Below are positions 17,960 to 27,737 of a stretch of DNA of 64,000 nucleotides, one piece after another. The translations under genes were made by a program, and so were the position numbers. This stretch comes from Anaerolineae bacterium (GTDB taxonomy: Bacteria; Chloroflexota; Anaerolineae; Aggregatilineales; UBA3940), in the NCBI GenBank assembly GCA_034434995.1, contig DAOTYF010000055.1:499-64498 (forward strand), written 5' to 3'. Position 1 is the first letter of the stretch. Each line of letters opens with the position of its first letter. The notes below the pieces were generated by a model. That model searched no databases and had not been told where the DNA came from. It was given only the letters and a program-made list of their open reading frames with translations.

Positions 17960-18838
17960 ATGTACACACGAGGCATCACCATCCAATCCGCTGACAGCGT
18001 AGCCATCGCCGATCTGGTGCGGGCCTTCAATGCGTCATACATAGATTACTACACACCTGTTTTCCTGACCCCCGACTCCTTTGAGAGAATGGCGGAACGG
18101 GAGTCGGTACGGCTGGCTGTGTCAGCCGTGGCCTGTGAAGGCGACAAGATCGTGGGTCAGGGCTTGCTGGCAATACGTGGATCGCGGGGTTGGATTGGCG
18201 GAATGGGCGTTCTGCCAGACTATCGTGGACATGGGATTGGACGGCGGCTGATGGCGCATCTGATCCATCAGGGCCGTTGCGCTGGGCTGGTGACCATCCA
18301 GCTTGAGGTCATTACCCAGAACGACCGGGCCTATGCCTTGTATACCTCGATGGGCTTCCAGACAATCCGGCAATTACGGGTGCTGGTGTGGAGAGGCAAT
18401 GCGAAGATGTTGATGGATCAAGCTGGTAGGCCGGGTGATTTCCGTATAACCTCCCAGGAGCCAGCAACGCTATTGACCGCGATGCAGCCACTGATCCAGG
18501 TGGCCCGGCCTTGGCAACGCGACGCGGATGGGATACGCAACATCTCTCAAGGGCTGAGCGGGCTGGCCATCAGAGGAAGCGATAGGAGACTGGCGGGTGG
18601 TTGTATCTATCGTGCCGAGGGAGGGCAAGTAGGCATTCTGGATGTCGTCTCGACTACGGTGGAGATCGGAAGGGCCATGCTGGCGCATCTGATCACGACA
18701 ACAGCAGCCGTGCACGTTTCCTATACCAACGTTCCGGACGATGATCCGCTGCTACCAACACTACGGGAGACCGGCTTCGCAGAAACACTCAGCCAGTATG
18801 AGATGGTTCTCCGTCTGGATCAGGGAGCGGTCCAGTGA
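17960..18838 (+). CDS. GNAT family N-acetyltransferase
   Basis: The acetyl-CoA binding motif is GMGVLPDYRGHGIGRRLMAHL. The start was trimmed to the ATG at 17960. Confidence 0.75.
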   Translation: MYTRGITIQSADSVAIADLVRAFNASYIDYYTPVFLTPDSFERMAERESVRLAVSAVACEGDKIVGQGLLAIRGSRGWIGGMGVLPDYRGHGIGRRLMAHLIHQGRCAGLVTIQLEVITQNDRAYALYTSMGFQTIRQLRVLVWRGNAKMLMDQAGRPGDFRITSQEPATLLTAMQPLIQVARPWQRDADGIRNISQGLSGLAIRGSDRRLAGGCIYRAEGGQVGILDVVSTTVEIGRAMLAHLITTTAAVHVSYTNVPDDDPLLPTLRETGFAETLSQYEMVLRLDQGAVQ

Positions 18839-20634
18839 CAGTTGTTCGTCATGGTATACTTCCCCAGGCCCCTCATCTCTTAGCGCTGATATCTATACTG
18901 GCAACCCTGGCAGGCTGCCAAACCATGCCGCCTACCTCGGAAAACGTGACCCCGGCTTCCACCATCGAGCAACCCGGAGGCCCACAGCCAGCCGCAACTC
19001 CTACCGAATTACCCATGCCGACTGTGGCCCGCGTTGACCTGGGTCTACCTCCGGCTACGCTCGATCCAGCGTTGGTCGCGCCACTCGATGTTGCGGCGAA
19101 CGACTTGGTGGAGAATCTGTTTGCTGGCTTAACCTCACTCGATCCTGATACAGGCCATGTCGAGCCTGCACTGGCGCGGGAGTGGGAGCGATCTGAGGAC
19201 GGGCTGACCTGGACAATCTACCTGCGTGATGATGTGTTCTGGGTGAGAGGCAATCCAGAAACGGGCCAGATCGAGGCGGTGCGCCCCGTAACGGCAGGGG
19301 ACGTAGTGTATGCCATCGAGCGTGCCTGTCGGGCCGGCACAGGTGCACCGTTGGCGGGGTCGTTGTTTGGCATCCAGGGCTGCCGAGATATGTATGGGCA
19401 ACTGCCCAATGCATCCCTAGGAGTGCGGGTGTTAAACGATGTGGCCGTCGAGTTCAAGCTCACGACCGGCACCTCAACCTTCCCGGCCATCCTCTCCATG
19501 CCAGTGACACGCCCGGTGCCTGCTGAACTGATCGACTCGGCAGGTAACTCATGGACGCATCCAACCAATGTATGGACCAGCGGGCCGTTCACCCTCCAAC
19601 CCACGGTCGATCCAGTAGCAGGCTATACCTTGCTGGCAAATCCCATGTGGCCCCTGGCACGTCCTGGCAACCTCGATATAGCACAAGTGTCGTTTGACCC
19701 ATCTTTAGAAGAGGCACTGACGGCGTGGCAAGCTGGCGATTTGGACGTATCAGCGATCCCGCCCAGCGCGGTCGGGACGATCCCCTTCGATGAGACCTCT
19801 AGCTACCGGTTGCTGGCCCGTCCGGCAGCAGCCTTCCTGGTCGCTTCCTATGATACTCCGCCGATGGACAACCCTAACGTGCGCCGCGCCCTCGCGCTGG
19901 CGCTCGACCGGCAGGCGCTGATCAACACGGTGTTCGAACCGGCAGGCGTGCCCGCCATTCCTGCCGGGGTGCTCACCCCGCCAGGAATGGCCTCTGTCCC
20001 TACTGATGATGAGGTTGGGGTCACATACGACCCAGACGCAGCCCGTGCGGCACTGGCGGCGGCAGGATATTCTGGTTGCAGCACCATGATACCGATCAGC
20101 CTGCTGACCGATGACTCCGTGCTATCTATGGCGCTGGCGAACCGGCTGGCTGAGATGTGGGCGGTGGTGCTGGGCTGCCAGGGACGCATTCTGCTGGAGC
20201 AGCGACCACTTCAGGAAGTGTTGGCTCTCTTACACGAGCCACCAGGAGCACTACAGCGACAATTTCGCGGACCGCGCCCAGGCCTGATCCTGCTGAGTTG
20301 GCAGGCCGACTACCCGGACGCACAGCACTGGCTGGCGGACATCCTGGGTTGCCGCGAGTTCTTTCCAGAAGCATACCTCAACTCGGCGCGCCCCTGTGTG
20401 GATGCGGATCAGCAGCTTATTCAGGCCGGATCAGAGTATGACGAGGCTGTACGGGCCGGCCTATATCGCCAGGTTGTGGCAGCGTTGTTTGGGCCAGATG
20501 GTGAGATGCCGGTAATTCCCCTGATCTTCCACGCACGAGCCTTGGCCGTTCAACCATGGGTGCACATCAGCCCATCGCGGGCCGGGGCGTTGCGCTTTGA
20601 CCGATGGGTAGTCGAGCCATCCGATAGACCTTAA
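18835..20634 (+). CDS. ABC transporter substrate-binding lipoprotein, family 5 (peptide/nickel type)
   Basis: The lipobox is LATLAGC. A family-5 signature region is present (ENLFAGLTSLDPDTGHVEPALAREWERSEDGLTWTIYLRDDVFW). The GTG start overlaps the GNAT stop (GTGA). Confidence 0.8.
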   Translation: MTVVRHGILPQAPHLLALISILATLAGCQTMPPTSENVTPASTIEQPGGPQPAATPTELPMPTVARVDLGLPPATLDPALVAPLDVAANDLVENLFAGLTSLDPDTGHVEPALAREWERSEDGLTWTIYLRDDVFWVRGNPETGQIEAVRPVTAGDVVYAIERACRAGTGAPLAGSLFGIQGCRDMYGQLPNASLGVRVLNDVAVEFKLTTGTSTFPAILSMPVTRPVPAELIDSAGNSWTHPTNVWTSGPFTLQPTVDPVAGYTLLANPMWPLARPGNLDIAQVSFDPSLEEALTAWQAGDLDVSAIPPSAVGTIPFDETSSYRLLARPAAAFLVASYDTPPMDNPNVRRALALALDRQALINTVFEPAGVPAIPAGVLTPPGMASVPTDDEVGVTYDPDAARAALAAAGYSGCSTMIPISLLTDDSVLSMALANRLAEMWAVVLGCQGRILLEQRPLQEVLALLHEPPGALQRQFRGPRPGLILLSWQADYPDAQHWLADILGCREFFPEAYLNSARPCVDADQQLIQAGSEYDEAVRAGLYRQVVAALFGPDGEMPVIPLIFHARALAVQPWVHISPSRAGALRFDRWVVEPSDRP

Positions 20635-20692
20635 GGCTGCCAGGGGCTAGCCCCTGGGTGATCGGAGGTGCGCCCCCCACGAGAGGAGTTCG

Positions 20693-21163
20693 ATGACGGA
20701 GCAGGAACGGAATAAGCTGATGGCACGTCTCGATGAGACCCGGCGCGAGACGATGAGGATGTTAGCTGGGATCGACCTCAGCCGAACGGTCTATCCAAGC
20801 CCGGTTTGGCGCGGGCAGGATGTGATCGGGCACATTTCTCTGTGGGAGGGCGAGGCTGCAAAATCGCTGCGGGCGTTTGCTCAAGGCCGCGAATACGTGA
20901 CTGACTGGGCCGGGGATGAGGATGGATTCAACAACGCTGCCGTCGATGTGCGGCGCAGTTGGAGCTTGGAACAAATCATGACTGAGCTGGCTACGACTCG
21001 TGAGGAGATGAAAGCAGCCCTAATGGCGCTGCCAGCGGATCGGCTCTCTCAAATAATCAGGTGTCCTTGGGGCGAGCTTGGCAGTGTGAGCTATCTGATC
21101 GAGGGCATGATCGAACATGAGATCGAGCACCGTGATCATATCCTTGGAGCATCCCACCTGTAG
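20693..21163 (+). CDS. DinB-family four-helix-bundle protein
   Basis: Size and His-containing helices fit (VIGHISLWEG ... MIEHEIEHRDHI). The family assignment is approximate. Confidence 0.6.
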   Translation: MTEQERNKLMARLDETRRETMRMLAGIDLSRTVYPSPVWRGQDVIGHISLWEGEAAKSLRAFAQGREYVTDWAGDEDGFNNAAVDVRRSWSLEQIMTELATTREEMKAALMALPADRLSQIIRCPWGELGSVSYLIEGMIEHEIEHRDHILGASHL

Positions 21164-21184
21164 GAACGAGCGGTATTCCCCGCG

Positions 21185-21964
21185 ATGCCCATGCACGTTG
21201 ACATTCTCACCCTGTTTCCAGAAATGTTCCGGGGGCCGCTGACAGAGTCGATCCTCAAGCGAGCGCAGGAAATGGGCGCGCTCTCAGTAGCTCTGCATAA
21301 CATCCGCAACTATGCTACTGACAGACACCGTACTACGGATGATGCACCGTACGGCGGAGGCGGTGGGATGATCATGAAGGTGGAACCCATCGTTGCCGCC
21401 GCCGAGGACATAATCCCGCGTGGTTCGAGCAGTCCGATGATTCTCCTCAGCGCACAGGGGCGGGTGTTTAATCAGCAGATCGCTGCTGAGTTGGCCCAGC
21501 ACGAACGGATTGCGCTGCTGTGTGGACACTACGAGGGAATCGATGAACGAGCTATTGAATTGGTCGTCACTGACGAGATTTCCATTGGCGACTATGTTCT
21601 GACCGGGGGCGAGCTGGCGGCAATGGTGGTTCTTGATGCAGTTGTGCGATTGCTTCCAGGCGTGCTCGGCGATCCTGATGCGCCGGGTAAGGATAGCCAC
21701 GCTACCGGTCTGCTGGAAGGTCCGCACTACACGCGCCCGCCGGAGTTCCGGGGGCTGCGCGTGCCAGATATACTTCTCTCCGGCCATGAGGCAAATATCG
21801 CTCGGTGGCGGCGAAAGGAATCGTTGCGGCGGACGTGGCAACGCCGCCCTGATCTGTTGCTGACTGCGCCGCTTAGCGAAGCAGATCGAGCTACTCTGTT
21901 CGAGTTGGCACAGGAAGAAGCCGAGCGCCGCCCTGAGAAGAGATCGTCCGGTGAGCCAGAATAG
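21185..21964 (+). CDS. trmD: tRNA (guanine37-N1)-methyltransferase
   Basis: TrmD motifs are present ([52 protein letters not shown]). An alternative ATG at 21191 gives MHVD. Confidence 0.92.
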   Translation: MPMHVDILTLFPEMFRGPLTESILKRAQEMGALSVALHNIRNYATDRHRTTDDAPYGGGGGMIMKVEPIVAAAEDIIPRGSSSPMILLSAQGRVFNQQIAAELAQHERIALLCGHYEGIDERAIELVVTDEISIGDYVLTGGELAAMVVLDAVVRLLPGVLGDPDAPGKDSHATGLLEGPHYTRPPEFRGLRVPDILLSGHEANIARWRRKESLRRTWQRRPDLLLTAPLSEADRATLFELAQEEAERRPEKRSSGEPE

Positions 21965-21966
21965 CG

Positions 21967-22656
21967 ATGGAATTCCAGGGCGTTATCTTCGATTTCAACG
22001 GAGTCTTATGGTGGGATGGCCCACTGCACGAGCGTGCCTGGCAGCAACTTGCAGTCGAGATTCGGGGCAGGTCACTTTCCGAGGAAGAAATAGCAGCCCA
22101 TGTGCATGGTCGAACCAACCGGGCGATCCTGGAATATCTGAGTGGGCGGGCTATGGCTAAGCACGAGTTTGAGGAGCTGGCGCAGCGCAAGGAGGCTCTG
22201 TACAGGCGTCTGTGTTTAGAACTCGGGCCAGAATTCCGCCTCTCGCCTGGCGCGGACGATCTGCTGGATTTCCTGGCAGCCCATCGTGTTCCACGCACTA
22301 TCGCCACATCATCAGACAGGATCAACCTCGATTTCTTTATCCAGCATCTCCGTCTGGAACGCTGGTTTGAGGTCGCTCTGCTGGTATATGACGACGGCCT
22401 CCGGCCTGGCAAGCCTGCGCCGGATATCTACCTGCAAGCAGCGCACAACCTGGGTCTGGAACCCTTGTGCTGTATGGTCGTCGAAGATTCCCGTGCGGGG
22501 GTCCAGGCCGCCCATACTGCTGGGATCGGGCATATCATCGCGCTGGGGCCTGCTCATCGTCACGCGCAGCTTGCCCAGTTGGAAGGAGTTGACGAGGTTA
22601 TTGAGAATCTGGAGCAGTTTCCCGCCGAGCGCCTGTCACTGAGGGATCCAACTTAA
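21967..22656 (+). CDS. HAD-superfamily hydrolase (beta-phosphoglucomutase-like subfamily)
   Basis: Motif I reads IFDFNGVL, which is DxN rather than DxD. The cap region, TSS motif II, K and EDSxxG motif IV (VVEDSRAGVQAA) are present. Confidence 0.75.
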   Translation: MEFQGVIFDFNGVLWWDGPLHERAWQQLAVEIRGRSLSEEEIAAHVHGRTNRAILEYLSGRAMAKHEFEELAQRKEALYRRLCLELGPEFRLSPGADDLLDFLAAHRVPRTIATSSDRINLDFFIQHLRLERWFEVALLVYDDGLRPGKPAPDIYLQAAHNLGLEPLCCMVVEDSRAGVQAAHTAGIGHIIALGPAHRHAQLAQLEGVDEVIENLEQFPAERLSLRDPT

Positions 22657-22697
22657 CTACGCGCCGTATCCTCCAACACCGGAACGAGTCACGCTCG

Positions 22698-23585
22698 ATG
22701 AGTGAGAAGAAGCCACGCCTCAAAACACCAAAACGCCCCCGACTGCTTCCGATTCCAGTCTGGCTGAAAAACCTGCAAAAACCTCGTATGACAATCCACC
22801 GGGGGGAAGCTGCTCGCGCTGTGCAGGAGGAGGCGGAGCGCCGCCCCGTGACAATCTGGGTGGTTCTGGTCAGGCTGTCGCCGATTATCGCACTAGCCGC
22901 CATGATTCTTGTCCTGGAACCAACGTTGCCGTTGCGTGCCATCGAGGCAGGAATAGAGGGCATCATTGGGCTGCTACCACGGCGGGCCACGCCTGCTGCC
23001 GCTGAGCCGGTATTCATCGTGCAAGCCCCGGAAGATGCCTCCGTGCCCGCAGACCTCCCACCACCTAATTGGCCCCTTGAGATTGCACCGATCTTCACTC
23101 CAGAGGTGCAACACTGGAAGGAACGCATCGCCCAATGGTCAGTGACGTACCGGATCAAGCCCAATATGATCGCGACCCTCATGCAGATCGAGTCATGCGG
23201 GAACCCACAGGCCATATCACCGGCAGGGGCAATCGGGTTGTTCCAGGTTTTACCGCTGCACTTCCAACCTGATGAGGACGGTTTTGATCCCGATACCAAT
23301 GCCAGGCGCGGGCTGATCTACTTCGGCCAGCAGCTTGCCAGCGTCAACGGCGACCCAGGGCTGGCGTTTGCGTCCTACAATGGCGGCCCTTCCATCATCA
23401 CCAGCTCCCCCGCCGAATGGTCGCGGGAGACGCAGGACTACCAGTTCTGGGCTAGTGGCATCTACGAAGAGGCCGAGATAGGTCTGGCGGAGAGTCCAAC
23501 CCTTCAAGCGTGGCTTGACGCGGGCGGCGCCGCATTATGCTCCCAGGCTGCCCAGGTGTTGAGCCAACTGACTTCCCAACCATAA
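22698..23585 (+). CDS. membrane-anchored lytic transglycosylase (SLT domain)
   Basis: It has an N-terminal TM segment. SLT catalytic motifs are MQIESCGNPQAISPAGAIGLFQV and SYNGGP. Confidence 0.75.
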   Translation: MSEKKPRLKTPKRPRLLPIPVWLKNLQKPRMTIHRGEAARAVQEEAERRPVTIWVVLVRLSPIIALAAMILVLEPTLPLRAIEAGIEGIIGLLPRRATPAAAEPVFIVQAPEDASVPADLPPPNWPLEIAPIFTPEVQHWKERIAQWSVTYRIKPNMIATLMQIESCGNPQAISPAGAIGLFQVLPLHFQPDEDGFDPDTNARRGLIYFGQQLASVNGDPGLAFASYNGGPSIITSSPAEWSRETQDYQFWASGIYEEAEIGLAESPTLQAWLDAGGAALCSQAAQVLSQLTSQP

Positions 23586-23705
23586 AAAAGTGTGTTCATG
23601 GCTTATAACGCGGTTAAGAAGCTCATCACTCGCATCGTGCGGGAGCCTCCCTCTACCCCTCGCGCGGTATAATTGCCAGCACTACGTTATTAGGAGCGGG
23701 CTATC

Positions 23706-24782
23706 ATGCTTCAGCTTGGACTTGTGGGCCTGCCGATGAGCGGCAAGACCACCATCTTCAACGCGCTGACCGGCTCCCAGCGACCGGCCACAATGGGTGC
23801 GCCGGGGAGGCTCGAAGTGCAGGTCGCAGCGGTTGATGTGCCCGATCCGTACTTAGATAAGCTAGCTGCGATCTTCCGGCCCAAGAAGAAGGTACACATC
23901 CAGATTACCTATGCGGATATCGGGGGTCTGGCGAAGGGGATCAGCGAGGGCGGGCTGAGTGGGCCGTTTCGCAATCAGCTTGCCCAGATGGACGGCTTTC
24001 TGCATGTGATCCGCGCTTTCGAGGACCCTACTGTCCCCCATCCCGAAGAGACCCTCGATCCTCAGCGGGACCTCCATATCCTCGACGCAGAATTCATGCT
24101 GGCTGATCTCATCACGGTGGAAAATCGCATCCAGCGCATTAAGGACGAGATGGGCAAGGGCAAGAATCGGGCCATAGCCGCTCGGGAGCTGGAGTTGTTC
24201 GAGCGGCTCCAGGTTGAACTGGAGAGGGAACGCCCCCTCCGCGACCTCGATCTCACCTCTCTTGAACGCGATAGCCTGCGTGGTTACAGCCTGCTGACGC
24301 TCAAGCCCCAGCTCATCCTACTGAACCTGGGTGAAGAGGCACGTCCCGCTGAAGCGCTTGTTCGGGTGGAGAGCAGGGGCACTGCTGCCCTAGCGATTCG
24401 CGGCAGGCTGGAGATGGAGATCGCGCAGCTTGCGCCGGATGAGGCCGCCGAGTTCATGGTTGAATATGGCATCACGGACCCAATGCGTGATCGGGTGATC
24501 CGCGAGTCTTTTAGCCTGCTACACATCCAGACGTTCTACACGATTGGTGAGGAGGAGGTTCGTGCGTGGACTTGTCCGGTCGGTGCAACGGCTCAGCAGG
24601 CAGCAGGGCGAATCCATAGCGATTTTGAGCGGGCATTCATCAAGGCGGAGATCATCCCGGTGGATATGTTGATCGAGTTAGGCGGTCTGGCTGAGGCCCG
24701 GCAGGCAGGCAAGCTGCGCATCGAGGGACGCGATTACATCTTGCAACCGGGAGATGTGATGACCGTTCGGCACGGGGCGTGA
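23706..24782 (+). CDS. ychF: redox-regulated ribosome-binding ATPase YchF
   Basis: The Obg-like G domain (GLVGLPMSGKTTIFNALT) and C-terminal TGS/YchF motifs (FYTIGEEEVRAWT, IHSDFERAFIKAE) are present. Confidence 0.92.
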   Translation: MLQLGLVGLPMSGKTTIFNALTGSQRPATMGAPGRLEVQVAAVDVPDPYLDKLAAIFRPKKKVHIQITYADIGGLAKGISEGGLSGPFRNQLAQMDGFLHVIRAFEDPTVPHPEETLDPQRDLHILDAEFMLADLITVENRIQRIKDEMGKGKNRAIAARELELFERLQVELERERPLRDLDLTSLERDSLRGYSLLTLKPQLILLNLGEEARPAEALVRVESRGTAALAIRGRLEMEIAQLAPDEAAEFMVEYGITDPMRDRVIRESFSLLHIQTFYTIGEEEVRAWTCPVGATAQQAAGRIHSDFERAFIKAEIIPVDMLIELGGLAEARQAGKLRIEGRDYILQPGDVMTVRHGA

Positions 24783-24816
24783 ATCTCGCCTCCAACTCCT
24801 GGCGGGTACAGTGGCG

Positions 24817-25443
24817 CTAGCGTGGGGCGCGGAGGATGGCCCGAACAGGGCTGCCGCAGACACCGTCTACCTTCAACGGCAGGGCGATCAATTCATACCC
24901 CCCATCAGGAACGCCCTTCAGGGATAGGCTCTCTAGGTTAGCGATCCGGTGCTGGTGCAACCGGAGGTGGCATGGCAGCTCCAGATCGCCGAACCGGTCG
25001 ACCGATGGCATATCTACGCCCAGCAGCACTACGCCCAACGCCGCCAGCCAGTCAATGAACTCCACCGTTAAGTAAGGAAAATCTTCCGGCCACTGGTTGT
25101 CTGGAACATCGCTGACCCAGGTATGGACCAGGAGCCGGCGAGCTTGCCGCAGGTTATACATCGCCACATCTCCTGGCACGATTCCGCCGTGCTGGCGCTC
25201 GATTGTTACTACTTGGGCGGGTCCGATGTAAGGCTCTAGAGGTACATCGGCGGGGTGTTCGCCTGCGTGATCGTAGTGCCAGGGGGCATCCATGTGTGTG
25301 CCAGTGTGCGGGCTTAGTCTCAACGTCGTCAGGTTGGCCCCTGATTCGCCTATGCGGCGCGAAATCACCTCGAATGAGAATGGCGCATCGCCAGGCCATA
25401 CGGCTATGTCTGGTGAGATAGTGCGGCTAATGTCGTAGAGCAT
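24817..25443 (-). CDS. cyclase-family protein / putative kynurenine formamidase
   Basis: The HxGTHxDxPxH motif is present (SPHTGTHMDAPWHY), and the size is typical at about 208 aa. Confidence 0.7.
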   Translation of the reverse strand: MLYDISRTISPDIAVWPGDAPFSFEVISRRIGESGANLTTLRLSPHTGTHMDAPWHYDHAGEHPADVPLEPYIGPAQVVTIERQHGGIVPGDVAMYNLRQARRLLVHTWVSDVPDNQWPEDFPYLTVEFIDWLAALGVVLLGVDMPSVDRFGDLELPCHLRLHQHRIANLESLSLKGVPDGGYELIALPLKVDGVCGSPVRAILRAPR

Positions 25444-25453
25444 ACCAGACTCC

Positions 25454-26698
25454 TCAGAGCGCCGACGAGGCCTCAGATTCCGCTTCGTCTAAGAGATGTT
25501 CAGCATGTTCCTTTAGCACAGCGATTCGATCAGGATCGACGTTGCGACTCCTGAAGTAGCGCTCCAGCAACTCAAGCGGGGTTAAGCCTTCTGGGCGCTC
25601 TACGCCGAGCCGCGCCCGGGCCGGGTAATCTATATCTCGCTGGATTGCAGCCAAATAGGCACATCTGTACAACGCAGCCTCGATGTCCCGGTCACGAATC
25701 AGCGCTTCGTTTTCTGGTGTGGCAGTGACAATCACTCGCACTATTGCCTCATCTACTTCGTGGCGTGAGATTGCTTGGATGATGGCATCAGTGGGATCGG
25801 CCTCGCCACGCACGTCGATCTGGATGGTCAGGAAGGGTCGGGCGGGCAGATCGACAAATCGGTAGGTAGTCTTACCGCGTGCCAGCTCCACCCAACAGAA
25901 ACCCTTCGGATCGCCTTCCTCACCGAAGTCAATCCGTTCGATACTTCCGCTGTATACCACCGGCGGGTAACGGCCCTCGTTCATATCCTGATGGCAGTGA
26001 ATATGCCCCAGTGCCACATAGTCCCAGGTTGGGTCAGCCAGAGTGCTGGGCAGCACCGCCACATCACGGCCCAACATAACACCACGCTCCGATCCAAGCC
26101 GCGCGCCTTGTACTGTGAAGTGACCTGTCAGCACCGCAGGGATGGTCGGATCAACCTGCTGGGCCAGGTTGCGGATCAAAGTATCGACCTGCTGGCGCAG
26201 CAGCAGGTCAAGGTGTGCCAAGGACATACCGCTGGTGTGGACATCGGCCAGCAGGCGTTGTCGAACCGGGTAAGGAACCGTTGCCACCTGGACCAAGCCA
26301 TGTTGTGTTTCGACAAGGTGGATCCTATCGGTACGCCCGACGATCACGTTACCGACTTCCAACGTATGGAAGATCTCGACGCTGGACGCCTTCTGGGTCA
26401 TAGCTGGGATGTCGTGATTACCGACGAGAAGCACGACCGGACAGGTGGTAGCCAGACGCTTGATTCGGCGGGCAAACTCGCGTTGGTAGGTGGGGTTCGG
26501 CGAGCTGGATTTAAAAGCATCCCCGGCAAAGATCACCAGATCAGCCTGATGTTCCTCCGCGTACTCACAGATATCGGTCAGGCGGCGAAGGAAATCCATC
26601 ACCCGGCTGCCAATCCCGGTGGAAGGGTCGATCTTGCCATAATTCTCTGTGCCGATGTGGGCATCTGCAAAGTGCAGCAGGCGGATTGGTTGAGTCAT
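25454..26698 (-). CDS. sbcD: exonuclease SbcCD nuclease subunit D (Mre11 family)
   Basis: Calcineurin-like phosphoesterase motifs are present (LLHFADAHIG, IFAGDAF, LLVGNHD, LTGHF, ALGHIH). Confidence 0.85.
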   Translation of the reverse strand: MTQPIRLLHFADAHIGTENYGKIDPSTGIGSRVMDFLRRLTDICEYAEEHQADLVIFAGDAFKSSSPNPTYQREFARRIKRLATTCPVVLLVGNHDIPAMTQKASSVEIFHTLEVGNVIVGRTDRIHLVETQHGLVQVATVPYPVRQRLLADVHTSGMSLAHLDLLLRQQVDTLIRNLAQQVDPTIPAVLTGHFTVQGARLGSERGVMLGRDVAVLPSTLADPTWDYVALGHIHCHQDMNEGRYPPVVYSGSIERIDFGEEGDPKGFCWVELARGKTTYRFVDLPARPFLTIQIDVRGEADPTDAIIQAISRHEVDEAIVRVIVTATPENEALIRDRDIEAALYRCAYLAAIQRDIDYPARARLGVERPEGLTPLELLERYFRSRNVDPDRIAVLKEHAEHLLDEAESEASSAL

Positions 26699-26834
26699 CT
26701 ATACCTCAGAGCCAGGTGCAGAGCGCATGGAGCAGAACAGGCAGCGAACGGAGAGTAAGGGCTTACCTAGGAGCAACTTGAGCGCTAACCTAGCCATCCG
26801 ATCTATACAGGAGCGCCCCAAGGGGCACTGCCGA

Positions 26835-27731
26835 TCATCCCCTATCTTCAGGTAAGGCGCGATCCGCATGTTCCATCCGCAACAAAGCGATCTGCTCCGA
26901 GATCAGCCCCAACATGAACAACATAATCCCGGATAGAATCAGCAGCACTGCCATATTGCTGAACCGATGCCAGAACACCAGCAGATAGATTCCGTACCCC
27001 ACGCCCAGCACAAACAGCCCACCCGCTACCGGCAGGAAGATACGCAGAGGCACAAAAAGCGTCCCGATCCGTAGCAGAGTCAATAGAAAGCCTATGCCAT
27101 CACGCAACAGCCGGATTTTGCTACGTCCCTGCCGCGCCGGGGCCACAATGGGATGGTAGCAGACAGTATAGCCTGCCCGGAAGAGCGCCAGAGTGATTGT
27201 CGTGGGGTATGAGAACCCATTGGGCAGCAGGTAGACGAACCGTTTGGCAACCGGTGCGCGAATAGCGCGAAAACCGGAGGTCAGGTCCGGGATAGGCCGA
27301 CCAACGAGGTAACTGGCAATCGCGTTATAGAGATGGTTCGCCAAATCGCGGTGCGGTGCGGTGTCTGAGGTTGCCAGACGTGCCCCGACCGCCATATCAT
27401 AGCAGTCCAGGTAGCTCACCAACTGAGGAATATCTGCCGGGCGGTGCTGCCCATCCGCGTCCATCAGCACGATGGCCGATCCACGCGCTGCCCGGATGCC
27501 CGTTTTGACCGCCGCGCCATTGCCGATGTTATAGCCATGCTCGATGAGGCGCACCCCCCTCTGCGCTCGTACGATCTGGGCAGTCTCGTCCTGGGAGCCA
27601 TCGTTGACAACGATCACCTCGGCATCAAGCCCTAGCGCAGCGATCTCATCCAGCACACGCCCAATGGATAGGGCTTCATCATAGGCCGGGATGACAATTG
27701 AGATGCGGGGTGGCGAGGTCGCGTCCATCAC
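26835..27731 (-). CDS. family 2 glycosyltransferase (polyprenyl-phosphate glycosyltransferase-like)
   Basis: GT2 motifs are ISIVIPAYDE, VVNDGSQD and LMDADGQH. Two C-terminal TM helices follow. Confidence 0.85.
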   Translation of the reverse strand: MMDATSPPRISIVIPAYDEALSIGRVLDEIAALGLDAEVIVVNDGSQDETAQIVRAQRGVRLIEHGYNIGNGAAVKTGIRAARGSAIVLMDADGQHRPADIPQLVSYLDCYDMAVGARLATSDTAPHRDLANHLYNAIASYLVGRPIPDLTSGFRAIRAPVAKRFVYLLPNGFSYPTTITLALFRAGYTVCYHPIVAPARQGRSKIRLLRDGIGFLLTLLRIGTLFVPLRIFLPVAGGLFVLGVGYGIYLLVFWHRFSNMAVLLILSGIMLFMLGLISEQIALLRMEHADRALPEDRG

Positions 27732-27737
27732 ACAGAA

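Noticed and set aside
25775-26758. Long antisense ORFs opposite well-supported genes. Examples are 25775..26758 (+) opposite sbcD, 45517..46218 opposite the O-methyltransferase and 48081..48782 opposite gltX. Further examples are 52714..53415 opposite pyk, 58712..59359 opposite the membrane protein, 30309..30965 opposite the deaminase and 13848..14576 out of frame inside the ABC-2 permease.
   Set aside because: In GC-rich DNA, stop codons are rare on the opposite and shifted frames. The translations are Arg/Pro/Ala/Ser/Gly-rich with no motifs, whereas the genes they overlap have clear family signatures.
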